DNA of 37,487 bases from a virus (lineage: Duplodnaviria; Caudoviricetes): positions 1-37,487 of IMG/VR virus record IMGVR_UViG_3300043119_000179; one strand, 5' to 3'. The translations under genes were made by a program, and so were the position numbers. Below the pieces are notes generated by a model. It was not told the origin of the DNA. It made no database searches and worked only from the letters and a program-made list of their open reading frames with translations. Shown here in pieces: positions 17,001 to 25,148 of the stretch (within the stretch, counting starts at the first letter, position 1; each line of letters starts with the position of its first letter).

Positions 17001-20000
17001 TTGTGCGGAACTCAGAAAAATCTTTGTTGGTGCCGTGGTAAACCACAATTGGACGCCCGTCTTTGTCCACAACCTTGCTGTAACCAAACCACCGCCAGAA
17101 GTTGCGTGTGCCTTCAGCTGTTGGGTGAATGCGTTGACCAGTGCTGTTTGTAGTGGGGCGCGACACACCATCAACGTCGATAGTGGAGCTAAGCTCGTCT
17201 TGCAGCTTATTACCCACAGGCTTGCCTTTCTTGGCCCCACTGGCGGCTTCAAGCAGCTTGAATGTGTTGCCAATAACGTCCGCAGCCACGGATGGTTTAC
17301 TGCCGATCAACTTCTGCACGGCTGTCAGGATTGACTGCCACACGTTCTTGGCCGCATCGTAGAACGACTTTGGTGCCTCTTTGCTGTCCATTGCTTCCAG
17401 TGCGCGACGGAAGTCGTTAAGGGTATTGCCGTAGGACACCAGTTCGAGGACAGCGTCGAGTTCTTTCTTGTCCTTCATCAGTGCTTTGAGCAGGTCTTGC
17501 ACGCGCTTGGCGTCTGCACCCAGAGGGCCTTTGTACGCAATTACTTGCTTCAGCGAAGCCTTCAGCGCCCGTACTTCTGGTGCGTCGGGGTTTTGGTAGA
17601 CATACCATTGCAACGCAGAGTGCAGGGCTTCGTGCAGAGTAACAGCAGCGGAGGCGTCGCGTTCGATATAGACCGTGTTTTTCTTGGGGTCGTAGTAGGG
17701 CTTGCCGTCGGTGATGAACACCAGCTTAGGCGCTGTGTCGCTGTCGTACAACGACTTGAACACACCCTTGGCAATAGTGCGCTCAAAAGGAGTACCGTGG
17801 GTCTGGATGTAGTTAAGAACACCGAGCAAACCCTTAGAAGACTCACCCTTACCAAACACGGCGTAGCCTTCTGCAGATTTCTCCAGCGGGGTTTGGCCTT
17901 CGCCAGCAGCAGTTGCCTCAGCTGAGTTGCGGATAGCAGTCTGCCGCACAAACATGGCGTCAGAGGTACCTTGGAACATGTTGGCCTTAGCCGCGTTCCA
18001 GCCCTGTGAAAGCATAGTGTCGAGCTTTTTGAACGCGGCGTCAGTTGCGTCATCGCCCTCTTGCCCGAACTCCTGGTTCATGCCTGCGTCATCTACCTCT
18101 GTGTGCAGCTTTTTCTGCACCATATCTTTGACCATGCGAACCACGGCCTCAACGTCCTTAGCATTTCCTCCGACTGCAGCGCCCAACTCACTAAGGGCTG
18201 CGCGAGTTTCTTTAAGTCGTTCCAGCAAAGTATCGACTCGTTGGCCAGTCTTAGCCTTAATCTGACCACGTTGCTGCGCAGGTGTTTGCCCAGCCAACTT
18301 AGTGGGCTTGTAAATTGTCTCGCCGTTCTCACCTTTAATAGCTCGCTCGGTGGGAATACCGCGAAGCATGTTGCCGCCAGCATTGCCCAGTTTATAGTAG
18401 GCCTTGGCAAAGGCGCGGACTGCATCAGCAATGCGTTGCTCTTTAGCAGAAATACCTTCTACCGTAGCTGAGGGGTTCAGCAGTGCGTCGCGGATATTTC
18501 GCAGCGAGTTAACACCCAGAGAGGCTTTGCCGGGTACGGCTACTTTGCCAGCACCTTCGACGCTAGCTTGGAGAGGGTTACTACCCGTGCCAGTGCGGTT
18601 CGCTTGCTGTAGAGTTTGAGTCAGACCAAGTTCGTCTGCGGCTTGTTGCTCAGCTGTTTGGGTACTGGCAATTCTGGTAGCAGAAGAAGCTGCTGGTGTC
18701 TTAGTACCAGTCGAAGCGTTCCATGCGTCGGCCACCTTAGCGCCAAGGGTTTGTGTGTCTGTTCCGCCAGACGCTAACCAACTCTGCACGGCGGCAATAA
18801 CAGGCTTTGGGAGCTCAGGGTGCATTGCTGCTAACTCAGCAGCGGAAAACACGTTGCCTCTGCTATCGAACTGCTTGCCTTCTGCGTAGAAGACCGATGG
18901 GCCACTCGCGCTATTTGGGTCTCGCACGACAAGTTGGGGCTTGCCGCCGACGTTTGTAAGCACAAAACGCTTATCACCCTGCTTTAGCTCAAGACTTGTG
19001 TCACCTGAGCCAGCAGCCACATATGTTGCTGGTTTGCTTACAGCTGGGGCGGCGGCTGCAGGGGCTGCTGGTGCTTTCGTTCGTTGCGTTTCTGCTTGCT
19101 TGGTTTGAGAGGCTTGAGTGCCACTTAATGCTCCGGTAGTTGCGGTAGAAGAAACACCCGCTGCAGGTTGTGCAGCGGGCAAAGCGGCGGCAACTGCTTC
19201 TGAAGCGCCGACAGGAGTAACAGGGGCTGAACTACGCTGCGCAGCGCGGTCGATTGTGCGCTGCACCATGGCGGCTACGCTTGCGCGTTCTGCGTCAGTC
19301 TCTGCGAGGCCAAAGATGGCGTTGGCTTGCTTGACAATACGATTCTCTTCCGCAGTCAGAGTAACACCAGCCGGGACTGTGGGCAACGCCACAGGTTGGG
19401 CAGGAGCTTGCACAACAGGCGCGACCGGCGCAGGAGCCTCAGCAACAGGGGCTTCGACGGGAGCGGCTGCAGCAGCGCCCAAGGGAGCCGTAGGCAACAG
19501 ATTCTCGATGGGGCCCGGAGCGTTCTGCTGCGTGCTAGGCTTGCCTTGCGGGTATGCACCGCCACGTGGGCCGAACATCTCTTGCTGCTGGGCCATGCCG
19601 CCAAACGCCTGCATTGCAAGACCCTCGACGCCAGCCTTTGTGCGCTCGGAAATAGAAGGGTCTGTGCGGACACGATCAAACAACTCAGCAACTTGTGGCT
19701 GCTGCGCTGGGTCAGCCATGTCTTTGCCGAGCAACTGGCGGTACATGGACGACTGCCGAGGTAAGCCGAGGCTATCCAAAAGCTCTGCTGTGATGCGTGT
19801 CTGGAATGTAGGTTCCTGTGGGGCGAACAGATCGCCTTGACGCTCATCAACAATAGGCGTAGGGGCTACGCCACCACCGCCGAACAGGTCAAGTTGCTCA
19901 CCAGCAACAGGGGCTGGTGGAGCTTCACCGCCACGAGTGTTGAACAGACCGCGTTGAGCAGGAAGTGGCTCGAACGCTTCATCCCCCAGTGCTGCAGGGC

Positions 20001-20991
20001 GACGATTCTGAATTTGCTGCAGGCGCTGCGCTGCCTGCTCTGGAGTCATCAAGACGTTGCTACCACCAGTCAGATCGGTTTCGCCTTCTGCGCCGGTTAC
20101 AGGCTGGTCTGATGTGATTGTGCCGTCTGGCTGAACAGTAACCGTGCGAGTACCAGCAAGCGAAGACAAGCCAGCACGGATGGAGCCGCCGCCTAAGAAA
20201 GCCTTGCCCCCTGCGACGCCATACTCATTTATAGCCTCTGGGCTTGTGAGATCAGCTGTCTGTCCGGTTACACCATAACGCTCAAGGGCGGTCTGTGGTA
20301 ACTCGGTGATGGCTTCTTCGACACCGCCGCGAACAAACTGTTTGCCAGCGTTCTTTGCAAAGCCTGTACCTGCCGCACGAGCAAGAAACTCAGTGCCTTC
20401 ACCAGCCACACGCAGAGCCACACGCTCTACACCGCCAAAGCGCTCAAGCAAGGCTGCAGGGATGGTAACCGCCAGTGCGCGACCACGCTCGTCTATGCCC
20501 TTCTCGCGCTGTTCCGTGCGAATGCCACCGTATGTCTGCACAGCAGTGGGGAGAAGACCGCCGACAAAGCCACCGACCTGCTGACCGACTGCAATACCTG
20601 CAGGTCCAAAGGGGATACCAAGTGCACCGCCGACTAAACGCCCGCCGACTTGACCACCTAAAGCCAAGCCTACCTGCGGGGCTACTTCACCAACAGCTTC
20701 TCGTGCAGTCGTGAAAGGGCGAGACAGAACATCGTCAAAAGTCTGAATCTCACTAGGGTTGCGACGTACAACGTCAGCACCGTACTGCTCAATAGCACCG
20801 CCAATGTTTTCAGCGCCAACGTCGCGCAACGCAGAACCAGCACCGGACACAAACTGCCCTGTAGCCCTACGAACGTCGGACATGAGTCCGGGAGCATTTG
20901 GGCGCTCCTGTATTGGTTTCTCTGGTTCTAGCCCAAAAGCCCCACCAAAATCAACTGTAGATAGTGAGCCGAGACCTTTGAAGTATTCCAT
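14014..20991 (-). CDS. Large putative internal virion/ejection polyvalent protein (2325 aa) with ART-like and HExxH metallopeptidase-like modules
   Basis: Last and largest of three ejection-type genes. Motifs NFWRWFG.SKVVD.DGRP.VVYHGT...YFT...PVYL...QAKSA.GN.G.FD and HEALH. AAGGA SD. Confidence 0.85.
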   Translation of the reverse strand: MEYFKGLGSLSTVDFGGAFGLEPEKPIQERPNAPGLMSDVRRATGQFVSGAGSALRDVGAENIGGAIEQYGADVVRRNPSEIQTFDDVLSRPFTTAREAVGEVAPQVGLALGGQVGGRLVGGALGIPFGPAGIAVGQQVGGFVGGLLPTAVQTYGGIRTEQREKGIDERGRALAVTIPAALLERFGGVERVALRVAGEGTEFLARAAGTGFAKNAGKQFVRGGVEEAITELPQTALERYGVTGQTADLTSPEAINEYGVAGGKAFLGGGSIRAGLSSLAGTRTVTVQPDGTITSDQPVTGAEGETDLTGGSNVLMTPEQAAQRLQQIQNRRPAALGDEAFEPLPAQRGLFNTRGGEAPPAPVAGEQLDLFGGGGVAPTPIVDERQGDLFAPQEPTFQTRITAELLDSLGLPRQSSMYRQLLGKDMADPAQQPQVAELFDRVRTDPSISERTKAGVEGLAMQAFGGMAQQQEMFGPRGGAYPQGKPSTQQNAPGPIENLLPTAPLGAAAAAPVEAPVAEAPAPVAPVVQAPAQPVALPTVPAGVTLTAEENRIVKQANAIFGLAETDAERASVAAMVQRTIDRAAQRSSAPVTPVGASEAVAAALPAAQPAAGVSSTATTGALSGTQASQTKQAETQRTKAPAAPAAAAPAVSKPATYVAAGSGDTSLELKQGDKRFVLTNVGGKPQLVVRDPNSASGPSVFYAEGKQFDSRGNVFSAAELAAMHPELPKPVIAAVQSWLASGGTDTQTLGAKVADAWNASTGTKTPAASSATRIASTQTAEQQAADELGLTQTLQQANRTGTGSNPLQASVEGAGKVAVPGKASLGVNSLRNIRDALLNPSATVEGISAKEQRIADAVRAFAKAYYKLGNAGGNMLRGIPTERAIKGENGETIYKPTKLAGQTPAQQRGQIKAKTGQRVDTLLERLKETRAALSELGAAVGGNAKDVEAVVRMVKDMVQKKLHTEVDDAGMNQEFGQEGDDATDAAFKKLDTMLSQGWNAAKANMFQGTSDAMFVRQTAIRNSAEATAAGEGQTPLEKSAEGYAVFGKGESSKGLLGVLNYIQTHGTPFERTIAKGVFKSLYDSDTAPKLVFITDGKPYYDPKKNTVYIERDASAAVTLHEALHSALQWYVYQNPDAPEVRALKASLKQVIAYKGPLGADAKRVQDLLKALMKDKKELDAVLELVSYGNTLNDFRRALEAMDSKEAPKSFYDAAKNVWQSILTAVQKLIGSKPSVAADVIGNTFKLLEAASGAKKGKPVGNKLQDELSSTIDVDGVSRPTTNSTGQRIHPTAEGTRNFWRWFGYSKVVDKDGRPIVVYHGTNKDFSEFRTKTPGLNAFGEGAYFTSDKTLANTFAQEDLAEKVRGRDGGSPVVYPVYLKIERTDGANADGIIARPVYAIKNPSQAKSAIGNNGAFDPASGNILEAAIQSADPTTAPTIDAAAQQVGFADATAFANGPGKFKTPTQLVFELVGLGRVNGQDLPLTASIAKNGAKLANYIRKEVPTLERVIMQFNSNFSNSPATVAAIDNYKFLAQTGHLQMEKIATTIAARPELREPFLDYMDGNTKAFAGIQNASGFKAIADNLKGLMKQYISTLPANSKERRAFESMPFTQYIISPTSISQVAGSTLSAGKIASMIGTKKQTHQSLDEFKQFLDMTDGIVDQDQPLYQIFEDKLGKKGLPAGFISKAQYDKTGVTPSGTAVDAKRVWKFSKYDTDKGNFEFSSSITTRDALKDLKSEDLALALVNTTAALSHAHAATMYFGNLASIGREDGKPTAEAVAFDSVDEINEVFGDRKIELNNVLQVSDEASKSQSLRWQTQRTGTWVQLPKGTTYGALAGKIIPGPVWNSMIDMHDRTPAINFKSFNELMAFFKQSKTVLNPGTHVTNVLSNVALLILHGIRLGTLKRAAGMYANFERNPDSMSDADRALMQAFFNSGAVLGQFTNSELKGSVYDRLSKSITPASDQSYITRMTSMAKFEQTKATLKGWKDNATEVYAAEDNVFRFAAFLETAGNIQLRDGTKQLDAKQLEEVGLASRKMFLDYDIDARAIRAARQTFLPFVSWSYAIMPVLGRIAVTKPWAIVNMMASVMLMQAALGGEEDDELRKKGPDYLRERSLFGLGPYMHMRIPFVGDDQNPTYLNVGKYLPFLSLFQPAPGESPLAGQSWLPGFVTPGGPLVTLISAMNGYDPFTGKPMHAPTDTEWDKLVTTGKAAYDTMAPPVVTTKFWKQIGDLKDGAMGPTGVEKSSMFLARTLGGLGLYQFNIDEAAFYQNKEVKDIKKDYKAAMTKAKRAEYRKGYPDYEALDKELDSLRDRMQEALAKARGEE

Positions 20992-21023
20992 AAAAATTCC
21001 TTGCGCGACGCGTTGGCCCTAGT

Positions 21024-22814
21024 TTACCGGATATAGCGCTCAGCTTGTTGCAGTTGTATCTTGTCGGCTGTGGGAAGCTGAGCACGCACAGCGTCGTACT
21101 TACGAATAAGCTCCAAAGGAGTCAGCGTTCTGGCGTCGGCTGCAAACTGCGAAGAAAGCTGAGCTCGTGCTGTAGCTTGCGCCCTGTTAGTCTCGGCTGC
21201 AGTTTCTGTTTGCGCGGTTTGCGCAGCTAATGCTCTGCCAGCTCGTGAATCTGCGGGTGGAACGTACGCCGCAGGCTGTGCGCCACTCATAAGCCCTCTG
21301 GTCGGCTGCGCCTGCGTCTGTGGCTGTGTTGCCGTAACCGGAGGTGCAGTGTACGTAACGCCAGCTTGCGCAGCAGCAGCCTGAATTGAAGGCTCAGCCA
21401 TACCTTTTTTGCGTAATTCCGCAATAGCTTCTTCACCTTTACCAGCTTCTTGTGCTTTGGTAAGACCAGCCACTACTGCCGTTGCAGTCTCACGGCCTTT
21501 ACTACGAGCCAAAGCTGCTTGAATTTGTCCCGGCAACGCTTCGAGAACTTTGGGGTTAGCCGTGTCAGAGCCAGCAATCTTGGTAATGGCAGCAAGTTCG
21601 GCCTCAAGAGCTGGGTCTTTCTGGGCTCCAAACACCATCGTCTTAATCTGTGCATCAGTAACTGGAATGTTGAGACGCTTGAGTGTGTTGAGGTTTTTCT
21701 CAAGTGGGCTAAGTTTTTCTTGGCCTACGTTAGCAGTTTGCGCCCTTTTAAGTCCTGCACCAGCTGTAGACTCGTCAATAGCAGCTTCTGCTTTACGCAA
21801 GTTCACCATCCAAGTACCAATAGTCTCGGGCTCAGTGGCTTGCTTGTTCAGATACTCCGTAGCCAGAGATTCGCTCTTGAACGTCTGAGTTCCTGTAATC
21901 TTGTTGGTAGCCTTGTCGATGAAGTTCAACGTGACTGCGCCGTTCTTACCGGGCACAATGGCCAAGTCAGTCTTGTCATCAAAGTCCGGGTCAGAGTTGT
22001 ACAACGCGCCGAGCTGCTGCAAGTTCTTGCCCTTCAGCTTGTCTTTGACGCCGGACATAAACAACTTTTGCTCATTCTCACTGATACCCAGCCGAGTGTT
22101 TACAGCCTCCTGCCACTGCTTTGGAGTGAACTTGAACTGCTTGAATGCCGCGTCTTTAAGCTCAGCCGTAGTGAGGTTCGGGTTCTCAGCAGCAAAATTT
22201 GAAAACTCTGAAGCTCGTTGCAACTCAGCCTCAGTGCGCTTAGCACTTCCAAGTTGTATGCCGGTAAGTTCACGTTGTTGCTCTTGACCAGCAATGCTGC
22301 CTTGTAGCTGTTGCAGCTGCAGTGGACGGTACTTCGCCTGATACGCCTGCTCTTCAGCCTGCGCCTGCAATGCGGCAGCGCCACGAACGTCGCCGTAACT
22401 ACCAAGAACACGAGCAGCCTCTTGCATTTGCAATCCGCGCAACTCTGTAGGGTTGAACTGACCAGCTACACGGCGACCGCCGTAATCCTGCACCTGCTGA
22501 GGATTAAACGCCATAGGAGCTGCAGGCATATCACCTTGCAAATCCAGACCCGCTTTTGGCACAGCTTGGTAACCAGTAAACACGCCTTGCGTTTGGCCTT
22601 CGGCTGCGGGTGCATACTGCGGCACGATGTCGTACGCTCCGGTCTTAGCCAGCTCTTCCAGTCTCTGGCCATCCTCGGCTGTATAGCCTTGCGAGGTTTC
22701 TGGCTTGGCGTAAGCCTGTGCCAGTTCATCTTCCATGCGACGCTGGCGCAACTGCTGACCCAACTGAAGACCGGATTGAAAGCCACCGGTAAGGCCTCTA
22801 AAGAAATCTGCCAT
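21024..22814 (-). CDS. Putative internal virion (ejection) protein
   Basis: Gly-rich amphipathic N-terminus, Gln/Ala-rich helical body, position between the pilot-like and giant genes. Confidence 0.7.
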   Translation of the reverse strand: MADFFRGLTGGFQSGLQLGQQLRQRRMEDELAQAYAKPETSQGYTAEDGQRLEELAKTGAYDIVPQYAPAAEGQTQGVFTGYQAVPKAGLDLQGDMPAAPMAFNPQQVQDYGGRRVAGQFNPTELRGLQMQEAARVLGSYGDVRGAAALQAQAEEQAYQAKYRPLQLQQLQGSIAGQEQQRELTGIQLGSAKRTEAELQRASEFSNFAAENPNLTTAELKDAAFKQFKFTPKQWQEAVNTRLGISENEQKLFMSGVKDKLKGKNLQQLGALYNSDPDFDDKTDLAIVPGKNGAVTLNFIDKATNKITGTQTFKSESLATEYLNKQATEPETIGTWMVNLRKAEAAIDESTAGAGLKRAQTANVGQEKLSPLEKNLNTLKRLNIPVTDAQIKTMVFGAQKDPALEAELAAITKIAGSDTANPKVLEALPGQIQAALARSKGRETATAVVAGLTKAQEAGKGEEAIAELRKKGMAEPSIQAAAAQAGVTYTAPPVTATQPQTQAQPTRGLMSGAQPAAYVPPADSRAGRALAAQTAQTETAAETNRAQATARAQLSSQFAADARTLTPLELIRKYDAVRAQLPTADKIQLQQAERYIR

Positions 22815-22816
22815 GA

Positions 22817-23566
22817 TTATTTCAACCCTTTAAAGCCACCACCAGCCCAAGCCCCAACCCCCATACCAACAATACTAGCTAACGGATCGGCTTGTGCCAT
22901 ACCAGCGTTGTAAGCAGAAGTCTGCGAGTTCAAGATGCCGCCATATGTCTGGCCAGCTTGCTGCATACCTTGCATGTACTGACCGCCCGGAGCCATGGCT
23001 GTGTTCATACCTGCGGAACCAGCGGATGTAGCGCCCTGATAAGCAGCGGTAGAAGCCCCTGCAAGACCACGGCCAAGGCCTGTGACGTCCATCCGGCGAG
23101 CGAAGCCAAGCTGTTCAGCCTGTGTGCGTGCGCCTGTCATGGCGTTGGCGCGTTGTGCGGCAAGACCCAGATTGCCCTGAGATTGCAAAGCCAGAGCTGC
23201 ACCGGAGTTAGGGCTGACACCACGCGAGGCCAAAGCCCGCTGGCCCATGTCTTGCTGAACTCCAAAGGCACGCCCCGCTGCAGCGGCAGCTTGGCCAGCC
23301 AACTGCTCACGGTACCCCTCAGTGCTGAAATTCTGCGCGTCTCGGACAAGGCCTTGCTCCACTGGGCGGAACGTATTTCGCTGGTAGTCGTAGTAGTCCT
23401 GAGCCTGCTGCATCTGTTGACGCTGTGCGTCCATCTGCTGGCCATAGACCTGACGGGCTAGAGGCATCATCTCAGCATACTGCTGCTTGGAAAACGCCAA
23501 CTGCTCCCTGCCGAGAGCTTCCATGCCAGAATAGTCTGGTGGTGGAGGACTAGATTTACCGCCCAT
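22817..23566 (-). CDS. Putative DNA pilot/ejection protein
   Basis: MGGKSSPPPPDY start, Ala/Gln/Gly-rich body, hydrophobic Gly-rich C-terminus; AAGGAG SD. Confidence 0.7.
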   Translation of the reverse strand: MGGKSSPPPPDYSGMEALGREQLAFSKQQYAEMMPLARQVYGQQMDAQRQQMQQAQDYYDYQRNTFRPVEQGLVRDAQNFSTEGYREQLAGQAAAAAGRAFGVQQDMGQRALASRGVSPNSGAALALQSQGNLGLAAQRANAMTGARTQAEQLGFARRMDVTGLGRGLAGASTAAYQGATSAGSAGMNTAMAPGGQYMQGMQQAGQTYGGILNSQTSAYNAGMAQADPLASIVGMGVGAWAGGGFKGLK

Positions 23567-23569
23567 GAT

Positions 23570-23983
23570 TTACTCCTTCAGCCAGCGACAGGTGTCGGGC
23601 CACATTACCAAAACGTGCATGTCGGCACCGGGGGCACCGTCTTTCATGACGAACTCTTCCTCGAACCCGAGGTGCTTGTCGAATGCCAGTATTTTAGGCT
23701 CATTTGACGGAACCATGCCAGTCAATCTTTTCAGGCCGCAGTGCCTGAACGCGTAGTCGCACACTGCACGGAACAGCGGGACGATCTGTTTGGTCTGCCG
23801 AGCGATGGCAATGTGGCACGTGGCGTTGGAGCCGTTGTAGTTGTTGATGACCACACCAGCCAGCACTTCGTCACCACTCACAACGCCGATGGCGTAGAAG
23901 CTACCCCAGTCAGCACCCTGCCCAACCCGCTCGGCAACCCACGCACCGATGCGTTTTTTTTGGTCGTATACAAGATGGGGCAT
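23570..23983 (-). CDS. GNAT-fold acetyltransferase-like protein
   Basis: YAF...GLKRLTG.V...N......KHLGFEEE RimJ/L-like pattern. Such genes typically precede podoviral ejection genes. Start is 23983 or 24001. Confidence 0.75.
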   Translation of the reverse strand: MPHLVYDQKKRIGAWVAERVGQGADWGSFYAIGVVSGDEVLAGVVINNYNGSNATCHIAIARQTKQIVPLFRAVCDYAFRHCGLKRLTGMVPSNEPKILAFDKHLGFEEEFVMKDGAPGADMHVLVMWPDTCRWLKE

Positions 23984-24030
23984 GGGTGGATTATGGCTCA
24001 CTGCGGTGGAGTTGGGTAGTGTGGTTACGG

Positions 24031-24858
24031 CTAGTCGTACAGCGCACCATCAGCCACCATTGCAAAGAACGGCAGACTTGGTACGTTAAACGTAGCCGTA
24101 GATGACGAAAACCCAAAAAAACTGTTTACCCACTCCAACTCCAAGTCTGAAGACGTTGGGTTGTATGCTGCGGCCAACTCATAAAAATATCTTTGGCTAC
24201 CAAAGTTTCTAGCAACAGCAGTTTGTGGAGCTGGGAAATAGATAATTGGCTTAGCGATTGCCACGCCATCCGAAGCTGTCGGCGCGATATAACTTATCGT
24301 TGCTGAATTGTAATTAGGACCATTGCCTACATACGTTAGACCGTTAGGCGCGTACAAAGGTTGGATGTTGCTAGCTTGTGCAGTAGAACTGTATATTTTA
24401 TTTGCAAACATTATGTTATCCGCCGTAGTAAACGCAGGCGTACCGTCAGACTTAAATACGTTAACGCCGTAGCCTGAAGTTTGCGCGACACTGGCAGCTG
24501 CAAAAGCGTAGACTGTGGGAACAAACGTGGTTGAACCTGCAGGCTGAGATGTTACATATATGGTGTCTGTACCGCTAACTCGCTCTACCCCACTTATGGA
24601 GGCTTTGTATGGGTATGGGGCATATACAAAGTACACTGCGTCTTTGCCTGCGGAAGCAAACGTAAAATTGTATATAGATGCTTGCGGCCAGTTGTATAAA
24701 GTGATACCCGTAGTGCTGTTGTACAGCGGACCAAACCCAGCCCCAGTTATACCTTGTCGGCTTACAAAAGTTGCTTTCCCAATAAATACCAAGGACTCCG
24801 ACTCTGTCGTCACCAACAAGCTAGAGTTGTCCCCCGACAAAAATAATCCATCGCTCAT
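24031..24858 (-). CDS. Tail-associated beta-rich protein
   Basis: ATG 24858 overlaps the upstream stop. SGYGVNVFKSDGTPAFT motif typical of proteins downstream of tail tip/fibre genes. AT-richer. Confidence 0.7.
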   Translation of the reverse strand: MSDGLFLSGDNSSLLVTTESESLVFIGKATFVSRQGITGAGFGPLYNSTTGITLYNWPQASIYNFTFASAGKDAVYFVYAPYPYKASISGVERVSGTDTIYVTSQPAGSTTFVPTVYAFAAASVAQTSGYGVNVFKSDGTPAFTTADNIMFANKIYSSTAQASNIQPLYAPNGLTYVGNGPNYNSATISYIAPTASDGVAIAKPIIYFPAPQTAVARNFGSQRYFYELAAAYNPTSSDLELEWVNSFFGFSSSTATFNVPSLPFFAMVADGALYD

Positions 24859-25148
24859 TTTACAAAAACCAAAATAGTTGCATCTGCGACCCCATCCCCG
24901 CTTCCGGTAGGAGACCAATTAACAGCGGGGTATCCAGCAGCGTAAGAAACACTGGCAGTAATGACTCCGGCTGGAGAGGCGATAAACTTTTGAACCGCAG
25001 CGTAAATTACATAGCCAGCAAGTTCTGGGTATCCCTTTGTGCCAGAAGTTGCACCGCCAACCACAAAAACGTCATGCACTAAACCAGTCAACTTGCTAGA
25101 GTCGATTACTCTTCCGTTGTTGAGTACGATTCTAGCGCCAAAGCTCAT
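24855..25148 (-). CDS. Small tail-associated protein
   Basis: ATGA-coupled to the tail fibre gene; GGAG SD; MSFG.RI...G...DS start. Confidence 0.7.
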   Translation of the reverse strand: MSFGARIVLNNGRVIDSSKLTGLVHDVFVVGGATSGTKGYPELAGYVIYAAVQKFIASPAGVITASVSYAAGYPAVNWSPTGSGDGVADATILVFVK

